Virus record (IMG/VR): IMGVR_UViG_3300042451_000642
DNA length: 64,000 nucleotides
Origin: an uncultured virus (IMG/VR IMGVR_UViG_3300042451_000642)
Lineage: Duplodnaviria > Heunggongvirae > Uroviricota > Caudoviricetes
Reading direction: 5' to 3' (one strand)
Numbering within the stretch: the first letter of the stretch is position 1; every line of letters starts with the position of its first letter. The notes under the pieces were generated by a model. That model was given only the letters and a program-made list of their open reading frames with translations. It made no database searches and was not told where the DNA came from. Shown piece by piece: positions 29,516-39,638 of the stretch. The translations under genes and the position numbers were made by a program.

Positions 29516-29640
29516 CGACCTTGTCCTTGGTATTTTTTGGGTTTTTGGGCCTTAGGACCGTAACTTTTCTTATAAACACCTTTTTTTCTTTTTCCGAAAG
29601 TCTTCTTTATTGAAGACGACGTACCTTTTGCTTTCGCCAT
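29512..29640 (-). CDS. 42-aa highly basic peptide ending KKYQGQGR (not in track)
   Basis: MAKAKGTSSSIKKTFGKRKKGVYKKSYGPKAQKPKKYQGQGR*. Confidence 0.7.
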   Translation of the reverse strand: MAKAKGTSSSIKKTFGKRKKGVYKKSYGPKAQKPKKYQGQGR

Positions 29641-29710
29641 AATATATATTTTATATTAATAAGTATTTTCTAAATATTTTTTGTATATTTGTCCTATAAA
29701 CTATTAGACA

Positions 29711-31612
29711 ATGGAGGAAATTATAAATCAAAAATTCACCTATGCAACCATTACGGTTTTCAAGGATTATTGTAAAATAATTGATAAGAAAGAATCATTA
29801 AGTTCAATGGGGGTTGATTTAGACTCACTTGACGATGGGGATGATGATATATTTGAAAGTGCCAAGAGTCTTATAAAATTTACAATCGGCGATATGAGGA
29901 GACCGACCTTTGGTCGAACAACGGAATTTCCTGAAAAGGTAGGAAAAAGAAAAACAAAATTTTTCTATGGTGAACCTGGCATAAATGAACGTTCCATAAT
30001 AAATTACGCAATTAGAAATTTCGAGACCAGGGACGATAGACACATTAAGAAATATTATGGTAGCCCGTTTAGTGAAATAACCGTTACCACAATTGAACGT
30101 TCTATTAGAAGACACGGAGATAAAATAACAATTAAACTATATCGACACCATAGACATAGGGCATTTAACAACATTTACTTTAAGAAATCAACTGGTGTTG
30201 AGTCAGTAACGTTTAATGTTAATAATGGTAATTTTACCACACTTAGTATGAATAAAAGTGGTAGGAAAACAACTAAGACATTTAGAACCAACAACTTCAA
30301 CTTTTTGGAGATGCAATTCAAAGATGGTGGAATTTTAAACATGAGAAAGTGTTTAGATGACAACTCTGTTCTGTTGAAAGAGTATAACGAGACATTTAAT
30401 AATACCGATTTCATTTTTGAGATTGATAAGGTATTTAACCTTAATCAAAATTTTAGTTTTAATGGTATATGGTTCTGTCAATTAATGTTAGAACGATTTG
30501 TTGAATTGAAAAAGATTAAAGTATCTAACGATTATGGTATATGGATTAAAAAGTATTATCCCACTGAAAAGTTTTTAAAGAAAAACGACAGAAAATTAAT
30601 TGCTTCGATTTTGGATATGTTTCAAATCAAATCTAAAATTACAATTAAAATAATGCATGAAAATACTAAAATAGATATACACGCATTATCTCGTTTATGT
30701 TATTTTTTTGGTGATAACTTTTCAAAATATATTGGTAGTATTGATTTGGTACATTTTATGAATTCAACATACGAAGATACCGTTGATATTGGTTACCCTA
30801 AATTTAAATTTGCGGAAGAATTAAAAAAAGAAAAGTTCCTAATAACAAATATCGAAAAAGAAAATATCGTTAAAATCATTAATAATTTAAACAACGAAAT
30901 ACGAGGATATCAAAGATTAACCAATAAGAAAGAGACATTGATTAACCATAGATTTATCGGCGATTTAAATGATCATTTTAAGATGATTGATAAATTACGT
31001 AAATTCATACCTGATTTATATTTAAAATCTAAAAACATAGATGATTTCGATAAAGAACATTTGGAATTATCTAAAATGATGAAATTCATTAAAAAGGGAT
31101 ATGTTATTGAATATCAATTTGTTGATAAGATGGTTAACGATGTGGAGTCACCAATTAAAGTTAAGATTAATTTAAGTGATGATGAGTCAAATCCTGAATG
31201 GGTCACTCCCGAATTCTATCCTTATATCTTAAAACGAGAAGAGGATTATGATGAGGAAGGTAATTTCATGCACCATTGTGTGGCATCATATTCGGATAAA
31301 GAAAAATCGATTATTGTTTCGGTAAGAACTGAAGATAAAAAAGATAGGGTTACTTGTGAATTTGATTGTCAAACAGGTACTCTAATTCAAGCGAGACACT
31401 TTTGTAATAAACAACCTCCTGCTGACATTGAGTTAGCTGTCAATATCCTAAAAGAAAAAACTAAGCACTATGCTAGAATGGGTTTATTACATTCTTTAGA
31501 TAAAAAAAAGGTACCGGTTAAAATTAATGGAATAGAAATTATACCTGAAATTAAAGAACCAACACGAATATCTGATGTGTTATTTGATATGAGGCGCGAA
31601 CCAGCATTTTAA
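29711..31612 (+). CDS. PcfJ-like domain protein
   Basis: C-terminal EEGNFMHHCVASY...QARHFCN; TATATTTG at 29684-29691. Confidence 0.7.
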   Translation: MEEIINQKFTYATITVFKDYCKIIDKKESLSSMGVDLDSLDDGDDDIFESAKSLIKFTIGDMRRPTFGRTTEFPEKVGKRKTKFFYGEPGINERSIINYAIRNFETRDDRHIKKYYGSPFSEITVTTIERSIRRHGDKITIKLYRHHRHRAFNNIYFKKSTGVESVTFNVNNGNFTTLSMNKSGRKTTKTFRTNNFNFLEMQFKDGGILNMRKCLDDNSVLLKEYNETFNNTDFIFEIDKVFNLNQNFSFNGIWFCQLMLERFVELKKIKVSNDYGIWIKKYYPTEKFLKKNDRKLIASILDMFQIKSKITIKIMHENTKIDIHALSRLCYFFGDNFSKYIGSIDLVHFMNSTYEDTVDIGYPKFKFAEELKKEKFLITNIEKENIVKIINNLNNEIRGYQRLTNKKETLINHRFIGDLNDHFKMIDKLRKFIPDLYLKSKNIDDFDKEHLELSKMMKFIKKGYVIEYQFVDKMVNDVESPIKVKINLSDDESNPEWVTPEFYPYILKREEDYDEEGNFMHHCVASYSDKEKSIIVSVRTEDKKDRVTCEFDCQTGTLIQARHFCNKQPPADIELAVNILKEKTKHYARMGLLHSLDKKKVPVKINGIEIIPEIKEPTRISDVLFDMRREPAF

Positions 31613-31648
31613 CTACACAATTCAAATAAATCCATATATATTTTGTAT

Positions 31649-33061
31649 ATGGATTTATTATTTATACACAACCAAGAGAAGAAAGACAAGAAAAGTAAAT
31701 CATTATCAACGTGTGATTTAAAGTTATATAATGACGATGATGATATTGTTTACAAATCTACATTTGATTTTGATTACCAAAGATATGGTAAAAATAAAAA
31801 AGTTCTTTTTGAACATGAACTGGTTTTAAATAAAAAAACCGGAGACATCTTTATAACGTATAAAATTGTTAACGATGGTTTAACAGACATGAAAATGTTT
31901 AGAACCACTACCAAACAAAAAAAGAATAACTTTAGTTTATTATTAGATTTAACTGAGAATGGTTTTGAGAGGGGAGAAAAGAGAATTGGGTTTTGGGGAG
32001 TGAAGTATTCAAGAGCAACTAATAAAATAATAGAATTAATTTATAATTTAATCAAAGATAATTTCAAATCGGAATTTATCATTCAAAAAATTAATAGGGG
32101 TGAGTGTGAAATAAACTTTCTTTATGATATGGTTGTTGATTTTCACTTAGAGATGAAGGGTATTAAAGGACACGACAGTGTTTATTATGATATACAACAT
32201 GATTATCCCAAAAAGAAATGGTTAGAAAAAAATGATTATAAGTTTTTACCGTCGGTGTTAGACCACTATGGAATCAAATCAAAATATCTTATTGGTGAAT
32301 TGAATAAACAGAATTCCCATAAGAGTATTAAGTTAGATTCTTTAAACTATATCTGTAAATTATTTGGTGACAATTACATAGATTATTTAAAGAAAATAAA
32401 ATGGGAGAAACATTGTTTTGATTATACACCCAACAAAAAATTACACGTATTAAAAAATGATACGGAAAAAAACTGTATGGTTAGTGTTATTAATAAGTGG
32501 GAGAGTGATTCTTTAAAAACAGATTCATTAGTTTATTTGGTCAATAAGTTATTATCAATTAGAGAGTTACTTGAAGCTAGAGGAGTTGAATTAAAATTTA
32601 AAGCTAAGAACGATAATGAATTTGATAATTTATTGGAGATGTGGTCAGGAATTAAATTTCATTTCGCTCGAGGTTATAAAGTTAGATATGATTTACCAAA
32701 AGAATTTATGGATGATATTGAGGAAGATATTATAGTTGGTGGGGAATTATTTAAACCCAAAGTTTTGGTGACAGAAGAGGATTTTAGAATTGAAGGGTTT
32801 AATATGAAAAACTGTATGTCTAAACAATTTCCACACGGATCAATATACATTTATGTTGGACTACAATGTAAACGAAAAAGGATAAACCTACAATATCGTA
32901 AGGGAGGTTTGGTACAATCATATGGTAAAGCTAACACACCAACATTAGAGTTGTTCAACAATGCGATAAGCATATTAACCCAAAGGTTTAAAAAATACAC
33001 ATATCTTGAATGGAAAAAGGAAAAATACGACTTCCTAACTAACTCATTATCAATACCTTAA
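31649..33061 (+). CDS. PcfJ-like domain protein, paralogue
   Basis: IEGFNMKNCM...QSYGKAN; shares the YP..K.L.KND.K...S.LD...IKSK segment with 29711. Confidence 0.6.
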   Translation: MDLLFIHNQEKKDKKSKSLSTCDLKLYNDDDDIVYKSTFDFDYQRYGKNKKVLFEHELVLNKKTGDIFITYKIVNDGLTDMKMFRTTTKQKKNNFSLLLDLTENGFERGEKRIGFWGVKYSRATNKIIELIYNLIKDNFKSEFIIQKINRGECEINFLYDMVVDFHLEMKGIKGHDSVYYDIQHDYPKKKWLEKNDYKFLPSVLDHYGIKSKYLIGELNKQNSHKSIKLDSLNYICKLFGDNYIDYLKKIKWEKHCFDYTPNKKLHVLKNDTEKNCMVSVINKWESDSLKTDSLVYLVNKLLSIRELLEARGVELKFKAKNDNEFDNLLEMWSGIKFHFARGYKVRYDLPKEFMDDIEEDIIVGGELFKPKVLVTEEDFRIEGFNMKNCMSKQFPHGSIYIYVGLQCKRKRINLQYRKGGLVQSYGKANTPTLELFNNAISILTQRFKKYTYLEWKKEKYDFLTNSLSIP

Positions 33062-33144
33062 GAATAATTTAAAAAATATTCTAAAATTTTTTTTGTATTT
33101 CATAAAATATACATAACTTTGTTTCATCATTAAACAAAACAGGT

Positions 33145-34119
33145 ATGAAATATTTCTCAGTATGTAGTGGAATCGAGGCCGCAACCGTGGCTTGGTCCCC
33201 ATTAAATTGGAAATGTGAAGGGTTATGTGACTTCGCATCTTTCCCACAAAAAGTATTATCACATCACTATCCAACAACCCCATTATTTTCAGACTTAACA
33301 AAATTAAACGAACATGAAAGTTACAGAAACATCAGCTTCGACCTATTGGTCGGAGGAACGCCTTGTCAATCTTTTTCCGATGCAGGACTCAACAAAGGAA
33401 TGGATGATGTCCGTGGTCAACTCTCCCTTGAGTATGGAAGAATTCTTAAAGAAAAACGACCAAGATGGTTCATTTGGGAAAATGTCGAAGGCGTTTTTAA
33501 AAGCAAACACAGAAAAGCGTTATGTGAAATCATCTCCTCTTTCACAGGTACTAACTTCAAAGCAGAAGACCTCGACAAACAAGGTGTTGTCCAAGGAGAA
33601 GAATACTCCATCGCTTATAGGGTTTTCGACAGCCAATACTTCGGAGTTCCCCAACGACGCAAAAGAATCTTCATTGTTGGATATCGTGGAAACAATTGGA
33701 AAGTCCCATTCTCCGTATTATTTGAAGAAGGATGTTTTGAAAGCGTTAAAGAGAAGAATCGAATCAAGAGGGATGAGTACGCCAGAAATGTTCTTGGAGA
33801 AATTAAACTCGCAGGTACAGTAACAAAATCACACGCATCTACATTGGTTGATGGGTTTGGTAAAGTATCTACGTCTAACTATTGGATTGATAACAACAGT
33901 ATTAGAATCTTCACAGAAAGAGAATTAGAGAGACTCCAAGGGTTTCCCGATGGTTATCTTGATTTTGAAATTGGTGGTAAAAAACCAAGTTATTCAAATG
34001 TTAAAGGTGCAATAGGTAACTCTATGACTGTCAATGTAATGTATTGGATTGGTCAACGAATTAATTTTATTGACAATTATATTCAATCTAAAAATATTTT
34101 GAAATCCGAGAAAATTTAA
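33145..34119 (+). CDS. dcm: DNA (cytosine-5)-methyltransferase
   Basis: SVCSGIEA, GGTPCQSFS, WENV, QRRKR, RELERLQGFPD, GNS. Confidence 0.92.
   Translation: MKYFSVCSGIEAATVAWSPLNWKCEGLCDFASFPQKVLSHHYPTTPLFSDLTKLNEHESYRNISFDLLVGGTPCQSFSDAGLNKGMDDVRGQLSLEYGRILKEKRPRWFIWENVEGVFKSKHRKALCEIISSFTGTNFKAEDLDKQGVVQGEEYSIAYRVFDSQYFGVPQRRKRIFIVGYRGNNWKVPFSVLFEEGCFESVKEKNRIKRDEYARNVLGEIKLAGTVTKSHASTLVDGFGKVSTSNYWIDNNSIRIFTERELERLQGFPDGYLDFEIGGKKPSYSNVKGAIGNSMTVNVMYWIGQRINFIDNYIQSKNILKSEKI
33314..33823 (+). CDS. Nested +1-frame ORF inside dcm (M.EcoHK31I beta-like)
   Basis: 169 stop-free codons; SEFPN...SSLLDIVE...YYL....KALKRR..SRG...P pattern. Confidence 0.55.
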   Translation: MKVTETSASTYWSEERLVNLFPMQDSTKEWMMSVVNSPLSMEEFLKKNDQDGSFGKMSKAFLKANTEKRYVKSSPLSQVLTSKQKTSTNKVLSKEKNTPSLIGFSTANTSEFPNDAKESSLLDIVETIGKSHSPYYLKKDVLKALKRRIESRGMSTPEMFLEKLNSQVQ

Positions 34120-34131
34120 CTATATTAGAAT

Positions 34132-34296
34132 ATGCAAGAAAAAGAATCAAAAACAAACAGTCACTTCTGGATAAGTTTTATTAAATCCGTTATCAGATTT
34201 GTGGCTTGTTATTTCTTATTTAATGGTGATCTTAGAAGTTCGGCTTTGTTATTTGCATTAGCTGAAGGTTTGGGTATTGCCGAAGAAATATTTTAA
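34132..34296 (+). CDS. Small membrane protein (54 aa, not in track)
   Basis: HFWISFIKSVIR...AEGLGIAEEIF*. Confidence 0.65.
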   Translation: MQEKESKTNSHFWISFIKSVIRFVACYFLFNGDLRSSALLFALAEGLGIAEEIF

Positions 34297-34341
34297 CTAT
34301 GAATTTTTATTTAATACAATCATTCGTAAAAAAACTAAAAG

Positions 34342-34641
34342 ATGAACGAAACAAGAAGACCAACCAACAACTTAGACACGATAGTGTTCGAAGAATTGAA
34401 CTTTCAACCACATCCGGCGGGAATGGGACAACAGTGCATAGTTCAATTCTCAAACGGATACGGGGCTAGTATAGTTCAAGGACCACACACCTACGGAGGT
34501 AAAGATGGTTTATATGAAATTGCCGTCTTTGGTAAAGATGGTGAAATATCCTACTCCACTCCAATTACGGACGATGTACTTGGTTATCTATCGGAAGAAG
34601 AGGTAGAAAAAACATTAACTGATATTAAAAATTTAGATTAA
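34342..34641 (+). CDS. Conserved phage hypothetical protein
   Basis: FSNGYGASIV..YG...GLYEIAV..TPITDDVLGYL. Confidence 0.75.
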   Translation: MNETRRPTNNLDTIVFEELNFQPHPAGMGQQCIVQFSNGYGASIVQGPHTYGGKDGLYEIAVFGKDGEISYSTPITDDVLGYLSEEEVEKTLTDIKNLD

Positions 34642-34934
34642 TGACAACTGAAACTAAATTTAGAGCAGGAATTGCAACTTCTTTATTAGGGTTGGTGATG
34701 ATGACATTTGCCTATCTTGAAAAAGATAGGAAGTACAATGAAACCTATGATAAATTAACCCATACACGGGATAGTTTATCTACTCAAAAAACATTGTCAG
34801 ATAGTTTACACGATGAATTATTCATTTCAAAGGTTGAAAATGGTAGACACGAGTTTACCAGAGAATACTTCTTTGGTAAACACCCAAAACTACAATTAGA
34901 ATACGAAAATTATTTACATCACGAAACGGAATAA
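34641..34934 (+). CDS. Membrane-anchored small protein
   Basis: N-terminal TM helix; TAATG coupling. Confidence 0.6.
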   Translation: MTTETKFRAGIATSLLGLVMMTFAYLEKDRKYNETYDKLTHTRDSLSTQKTLSDSLHDELFISKVENGRHEFTREYFFGKHPKLQLEYENYLHHETE

Positions 34935-34937
34935 AAC

Positions 34938-35261
34938 ATGTCAGATGAAGAATTTAGAAAACATATTAGTGGTGACCTAAATTTAGGTGGAACAAAATAC
35001 TTAAACATAAAGGCCAGTACTATTATTAGTATGAACGAACAATTTACAGTTTATACAGAAGATGGACCAAAGTATTTAAATGTTAATATAAGTGCGGATT
35101 TTGATGAAATACCAAAAAAATATCATGAGGTATTTTTAAATGTATTGACCTCAAAATACTCAAACTCAGTTTCATTTGGAAATAATCCATTTTCAGAATG
35201 TAAACCAGTTCAAAAAAAGAAGTGGTGGCAGTTTTGGAAAACAGAATATTTCACAATTTAA
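34938..35261 (+). CDS. Hypothetical protein with KKKWWQFWK tail
   Basis: 107-aa ORF within the operon. Confidence 0.6.
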   Translation: MSDEEFRKHISGDLNLGGTKYLNIKASTIISMNEQFTVYTEDGPKYLNVNISADFDEIPKKYHEVFLNVLTSKYSNSVSFGNNPFSECKPVQKKKWWQFWKTEYFTI

Positions 35262-35405
35262 AAATATACACATGAAGTACGCAGCATTATTGATGTTTGT
35301 TACGGGTTTATGGATTGCTTATGAGATTTGGAGAGCACCATTACTTGAAGAAACCGAAAACGGTAATTATAAAACTAAGAGGCCAACTAAAAAACTAAGT
35401 GACTT

Positions 35406-35651
35406 ATGGCGAAAGCGAAACTAGTGTACGATTTAAACGAACCGGATGATGTATACGCACATAAAAGAGCCGTTAAATCTTTAGATATGGCATTAGCACT
35501 ATGGTCTATAACACACAACACTAAGAAAGGGTTGGAATGGTCCATGGAAGGTAAGGAAATTGACAAATACGACGCTCTTGAGTTAGTGTTTGAAAAGATA
35601 CATGAAATCATATCCGAACATAATATTGATTTAGACGATCTAATAGTGTGA
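35406..35651 (+). CDS. Hypothetical protein
   Basis: 81-aa ORF. Confidence 0.65.
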   Translation: MAKAKLVYDLNEPDDVYAHKRAVKSLDMALALWSITHNTKKGLEWSMEGKEIDKYDALELVFEKIHEIISEHNIDLDDLIV

Positions 35652-35674
35652 TATTTATCATATAAACAAATACT

Positions 35675-36085
35675 ATGGCATACTCAGATAAGGTCTTAGA
35701 CCACTACTCAAACCCTAAAAACGTGGGGACATTGGACAAATCTAAATCAAATGTTGGTACTGGATTAGTAGGTGCTCCTGAATGTGGTGATGTAATGAGA
35801 TTACAAATAGAGGTGGTTGATGATATCATTGTTGACGCTAAATTTAAAACTTTTGGATGTGGTTCAGCTATTGCATCTTCTTCAGTTGCAACCGAATGGT
35901 TGAAAGGTAAGAGTTTAGATGAGGCGGTGACAATTGATAATATGGATTTGGTAGAGGAGTTAAATCTTCCTCCAGTTAAAATACATTGTTCAGTATTGGC
36001 GGAAGATGCTATCAAATCAGCAATAAACGATTATAGAAAAAAACAAGGATTAGAGGAAATAATCTTTGAGGAAACTCACATTTAA
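35675..36085 (+). CDS. iscU: Fe-S cluster scaffold IscU
   Basis: YSDKVLDHY.NP.NVG, APECGD, KTFGCGSAIA, LPPVKIHC. Confidence 0.95.
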   Translation: MAYSDKVLDHYSNPKNVGTLDKSKSNVGTGLVGAPECGDVMRLQIEVVDDIIVDAKFKTFGCGSAIASSSVATEWLKGKSLDEAVTIDNMDLVEELNLPPVKIHCSVLAEDAIKSAINDYRKKQGLEEIIFEETHI

Positions 36086-36408
36086 TGGTAACAGTATCAG
36101 AAAAAGCAGCAATTAAATTAAATTCACTTATTGAAGAAAGTGGGTTTCAAACTCCCTTTGTTAGAGTGGCTGTTAAAGGTGGTGGGTGCAGTGGATTATC
36201 ATATGACCTTTCATTTGATACCGAGCAACAACCTGCCGATACTCTTGCAGAAAACAATGGAGTAAAAATTTTAATAGACAACAAATCATTACTATATCTT
36301 TTTGGGACTGAATTAGATTTCTCCGATGGACTTAACGGTAAGGGATTTCAATTTATTAACCCGAACGCATCCCGTACATGTGGATGTGGGGAAAGTTTCG
36401 CTCTTTAA
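36085..36408 (+). CDS. iscA: A-type Fe-S carrier IscA/HesB
   Basis: GGGCSGLSY, NPNA..TCGCGESF. Confidence 0.93.
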   Translation: MVTVSEKAAIKLNSLIEESGFQTPFVRVAVKGGGCSGLSYDLSFDTEQQPADTLAENNGVKILIDNKSLLYLFGTELDFSDGLNGKGFQFINPNASRTCGCGESFAL

Positions 36409-36457
36409 TTTTTTTATGTGAATAATTTTTTGTATATTTTATATATAAATTTTATTC

Positions 36458-36994
36458 ATGGTTACAGAAGAAGAAATTATCGAACATGTAAAAAGTTTAT
36501 CTTATCAAGATAAAATAAAACTAATCAATAAAATTACCCCATTAAAAGATTTCAATAATCAAAAATATAGGGATAAGATTATGAGAGAGATGTTTGATAT
36601 TCCAGAAACAAAGGGGTATTATGGTCCTGATTCAGAAACCACATCCCTTAAATCCGTTTCAATAACCCCAACCAAAAATAAAACATATAATATTACTAAA
36701 GGAAAAACTTTAGGCATATTAGGTAGGATTGATAAGGTGAGTACACATGACAATTCAGATACCATATTTGGTTTATTTAGTGAGGAAGGAGAAATTAAAT
36801 TCGTTGTATTAGTTCATAGTGATGAGAATCTAGATAATCTTTTTAAAATGGAAAGAGAAATTAAACAAAAGAAGATGGAAAATGCTAAGAACAAATATGA
36901 CGGAGTTACAATTAATTTCAAAGTCATTTTAAAATATAATTTATCATATAAAATTTTATATAAAAGTGACGATATTATATTAAAACACATTTAA
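36458..36994 (+). CDS. Hypothetical basic protein
   Basis: 178 aa, very AT-rich. Confidence 0.6.
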   Translation: MVTEEEIIEHVKSLSYQDKIKLINKITPLKDFNNQKYRDKIMREMFDIPETKGYYGPDSETTSLKSVSITPTKNKTYNITKGKTLGILGRIDKVSTHDNSDTIFGLFSEEGEIKFVVLVHSDENLDNLFKMEREIKQKKMENAKNKYDGVTINFKVILKYNLSYKILYKSDDIILKHI

Positions 36995-37004
36995 ATTTAA
37001 AACT

Positions 37005-37286
37005 ATGCCAGAATTTACATCAGAAGTAGACATCGACCCAAGTGAATTTATTGAGTCTTGTAGTAAGAAAGAAATAGACAGATTAGTTGAAATCCTTGTT
37101 GAGGATGGATACATTCAATCAGACCAAGAAACTAAGAGTACTAACAATGGTGTCCGTAGACCGAACATTAATGACCAAACATTTTGGGAAAGTTTAGAAC
37201 GTCTTGCAAAGTGTAGGCATTTATTATCCATCGAAGAAGAGAACTTCATCAATAACCTATCTAACAAGTTCAAATACATACGTTAA
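37005..37286 (+). CDS. Hypothetical protein
   Basis: 93 aa, coupled to the next gene. Confidence 0.65.
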   Translation: MPEFTSEVDIDPSEFIESCSKKEIDRLVEILVEDGYIQSDQETKSTNNGVRRPNINDQTFWESLERLAKCRHLLSIEEENFINNLSNKFKYIR

Positions 37287-37900
37287 TGAAAGTACTTGAG
37301 TTATTTGCGGGTAGTCGTTCAGTAGGAAAGATTGCAGAAGAATTAGGAATGGAAGTATTTTCATCTGATTTAATTGAATTTGAGGGTATTCATTACCCAA
37401 TTAGTATATTAGATTTTGATGTATCTAAAGTTCCGTTTCAACCCGATGTAATTTGGGCATCTCCACCATGTACTGGTTTCAGTGTTGCAGCAATCGGTCA
37501 CCACTGGTCAGGAGGTAAAGGTGCTTATATACCTAAAACAGAAACCGCAAAGTTGGGTATTGAATTAGTTAGAAAGACATTAGAAATTATTAATCACTTC
37601 CAACCAACATATTGGTTTATGGAAAACCCACGAGGTGTTCTTCGTAAGTTAGATGTTGTTAAAGGATTGAAAAAGAATTCTGTAACTTATTGCCAATACG
37701 GTGACGAGCGAATGAAACCAACTGACATATGGACCAACAGTGATGTTTGGATTCCAAAACCAATGTGTAAGAATGGTGACCCATGTCACGTTGCAGCACC
37801 AAGAGGTAGTAGAACAGGAACACAAGGTCGAGCCAACGCTTATGAAAGAAGTAAGATACCGGCAGATTTATGTTTAGAAATATTAAAAAGTTGTAAATGA
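37286..37900 (+). CDS. Short DNA cytosine methyltransferase-like protein
   Basis: LELFAGS, WASPPC, MENP, YCQYG..KPTDIW. Confidence 0.8.
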   Translation: MKVLELFAGSRSVGKIAEELGMEVFSSDLIEFEGIHYPISILDFDVSKVPFQPDVIWASPPCTGFSVAAIGHHWSGGKGAYIPKTETAKLGIELVRKTLEIINHFQPTYWFMENPRGVLRKLDVVKGLKKNSVTYCQYGDERMKPTDIWTNSDVWIPKPMCKNGDPCHVAAPRGSRTGTQGRANAYERSKIPADLCLEILKSCK

Positions 37901-38580
37901 AAAAAATTAAGCACCCGTTAGTTAAAGGTGTGGTTAAAGAGGTGAAACCTCGAATATATTGTGTAACTATTGATGATGATTACGATAGGGCAATGTTGTT
38001 CTGTCGATACCAAGAGTTCTACGAATCCCCATATAAAAAATTCAGAGGTAAACGATTTACTTGGATGGAATATATGAGACATTATAAATTAGCGTGGAAG
38101 AAAAGAACATTTACATACCCTGATGATTGGTCTGGTTATAACATTCCAAGTAATGTTATGGATAAAGCAAACGATATATTCTACAAAGATACCGAATATG
38201 ATGTTATTATGAATGACATTTATTTTTATTGTGCTATCGATTCACAAAATAAAAATAATGGTGCAAGATGTAATTGGTATTTGATTGGTACAAGTTCAAA
38301 AGATAAAGGAACCACCAATCATGAAATTGCTCACGGTTTATATTTCACAAATGAAGAATATAAAAAGAACGTAACCAAGTTAATTAAAAATATTAAACCA
38401 ATTCATTACGAAAAGTTAAAGAAGAAACTTGTTAAGATGGGTTATGTTGATGACAAGAAAATTATTGATGATGAGATTCAGGCATTTATGTCGACAGGTT
38501 TATATAATGGAATGGAAACAAAAGAATTAAAGGTATACGAAAAGGAATTTAAAAAGAATTTTAGTAACTTTACAAAATGA
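37897..38580 (+). CDS. Hypothetical protein with HExxH motif
   Basis: HEIAH...DDEIQA. Confidence 0.55.
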   Translation: MKKIKHPLVKGVVKEVKPRIYCVTIDDDYDRAMLFCRYQEFYESPYKKFRGKRFTWMEYMRHYKLAWKKRTFTYPDDWSGYNIPSNVMDKANDIFYKDTEYDVIMNDIYFYCAIDSQNKNNGARCNWYLIGTSSKDKGTTNHEIAHGLYFTNEEYKKNVTKLIKNIKPIHYEKLKKKLVKMGYVDDKKIIDDEIQAFMSTGLYNGMETKELKVYEKEFKKNFSNFTK

Positions 38581-39107
38581 GACAGAAGATAATATTCATT
38601 GACATTGATGGACCTTTAGCTTGGGGAACTTGGAATGACGGTCCCATCACAATCAATGGAGAAAGACACACGGAGTTTACTATTCCATATTCTTGGAACC
38701 AAGAAGATTGCAATGCACTTAAACAAATATTAGATGAAACCAATGCTAAGTTAGTATTGAGTTCTGATTGGAGATTTCAATTCGCATTTAGACAGATGAA
38801 AGATATATTTCAACACTATGGTATTCATGGATCTAATCTTTTGGATATGACATGTCAGTTTTCTTTGTGGAATAAGATGAGTAGAACGTCATTAGAACAT
38901 GAAAGAGCATTACAGATTGTTAAATGGGCTAAAGATAATAAGATTTCAAATTGGATTGCTATTGATGATTTGGATTTATACCACACATTCAAATGGTTAA
39001 CGCCAAAGACTCCAATGTGGAGACATGTACAAGTTGATGGTGACCACGGTACTGGCGGTAGATTGAGGGATAAGGTTGATGAATGTATTAAGAAATTAGA
39101 AAGATGA
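38577..39107 (+). CDS. HAD-superfamily (Swiss Army Knife-type) protein
   Basis: FIDIDG, VLSSDWR, IAIDD. Confidence 0.8.
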   Translation: MRQKIIFIDIDGPLAWGTWNDGPITINGERHTEFTIPYSWNQEDCNALKQILDETNAKLVLSSDWRFQFAFRQMKDIFQHYGIHGSNLLDMTCQFSLWNKMSRTSLEHERALQIVKWAKDNKISNWIAIDDLDLYHTFKWLTPKTPMWRHVQVDGDHGTGGRLRDKVDECIKKLER

Positions 39108-39466
39108 TATATAGAACAAGGAAGTTAATTAAACCAGGTGATTTAAACCCAAGAGGTACATTATTCGGAGGTCAATTATTAAAGTGGATTGATGAAGAAG
39201 CAGCAATATTCGCAATTTGCCAATTAGGTAGTCCTAATATTGTTACTAAAGCAATGTCTGAAATTGATTTTGTTACCACCGCAAAGGTTGGTGATGTAAT
39301 TGAATTTGGTATGGACTTAGTTAGGTTTGGAATAACATCAGTTACATTATGTTGCGATGTTAGAAACAAAAACACTAAACAATCAATAATTAAAATAGAT
39401 AAAATCATTTTCGTTCTATTGGATGAAAATGGTAAACCTAAAGCACATAATAAAAAGAATAAATAA
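39104..39466 (+). CDS. Acyl-CoA thioesterase (hotdog fold)
   Basis: DLNPRGTLFGGQLLKWIDEEA. Confidence 0.88.
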   Translation: MIYRTRKLIKPGDLNPRGTLFGGQLLKWIDEEAAIFAICQLGSPNIVTKAMSEIDFVTTAKVGDVIEFGMDLVRFGITSVTLCCDVRNKNTKQSIIKIDKIIFVLLDENGKPKAHNKKNK

Positions 39467-39467
39467 T

Positions 39468-39638
39468 ATGGAATACTTTCTAATTTTTGGAATAATGTTC
39501 ATCATCATTGGTTTTATCTCATGGAGATGGGTTGTTGGTATTGATTATATGCAAAAAAATCATCCCGATTACAAAGGTGACGATTTTCTTAATTGGGGTG
39601 ATGAAGACAACCAAGATGATAAAAATCAAATCATGTAA
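39468..39638 (+). CDS. Small membrane protein
   Basis: TM helix followed by HPDYKGDDF. Confidence 0.6.
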   Translation: MEYFLIFGIMFIIIGFISWRWVVGIDYMQKNHPDYKGDDFLNWGDEDNQDDKNQIM

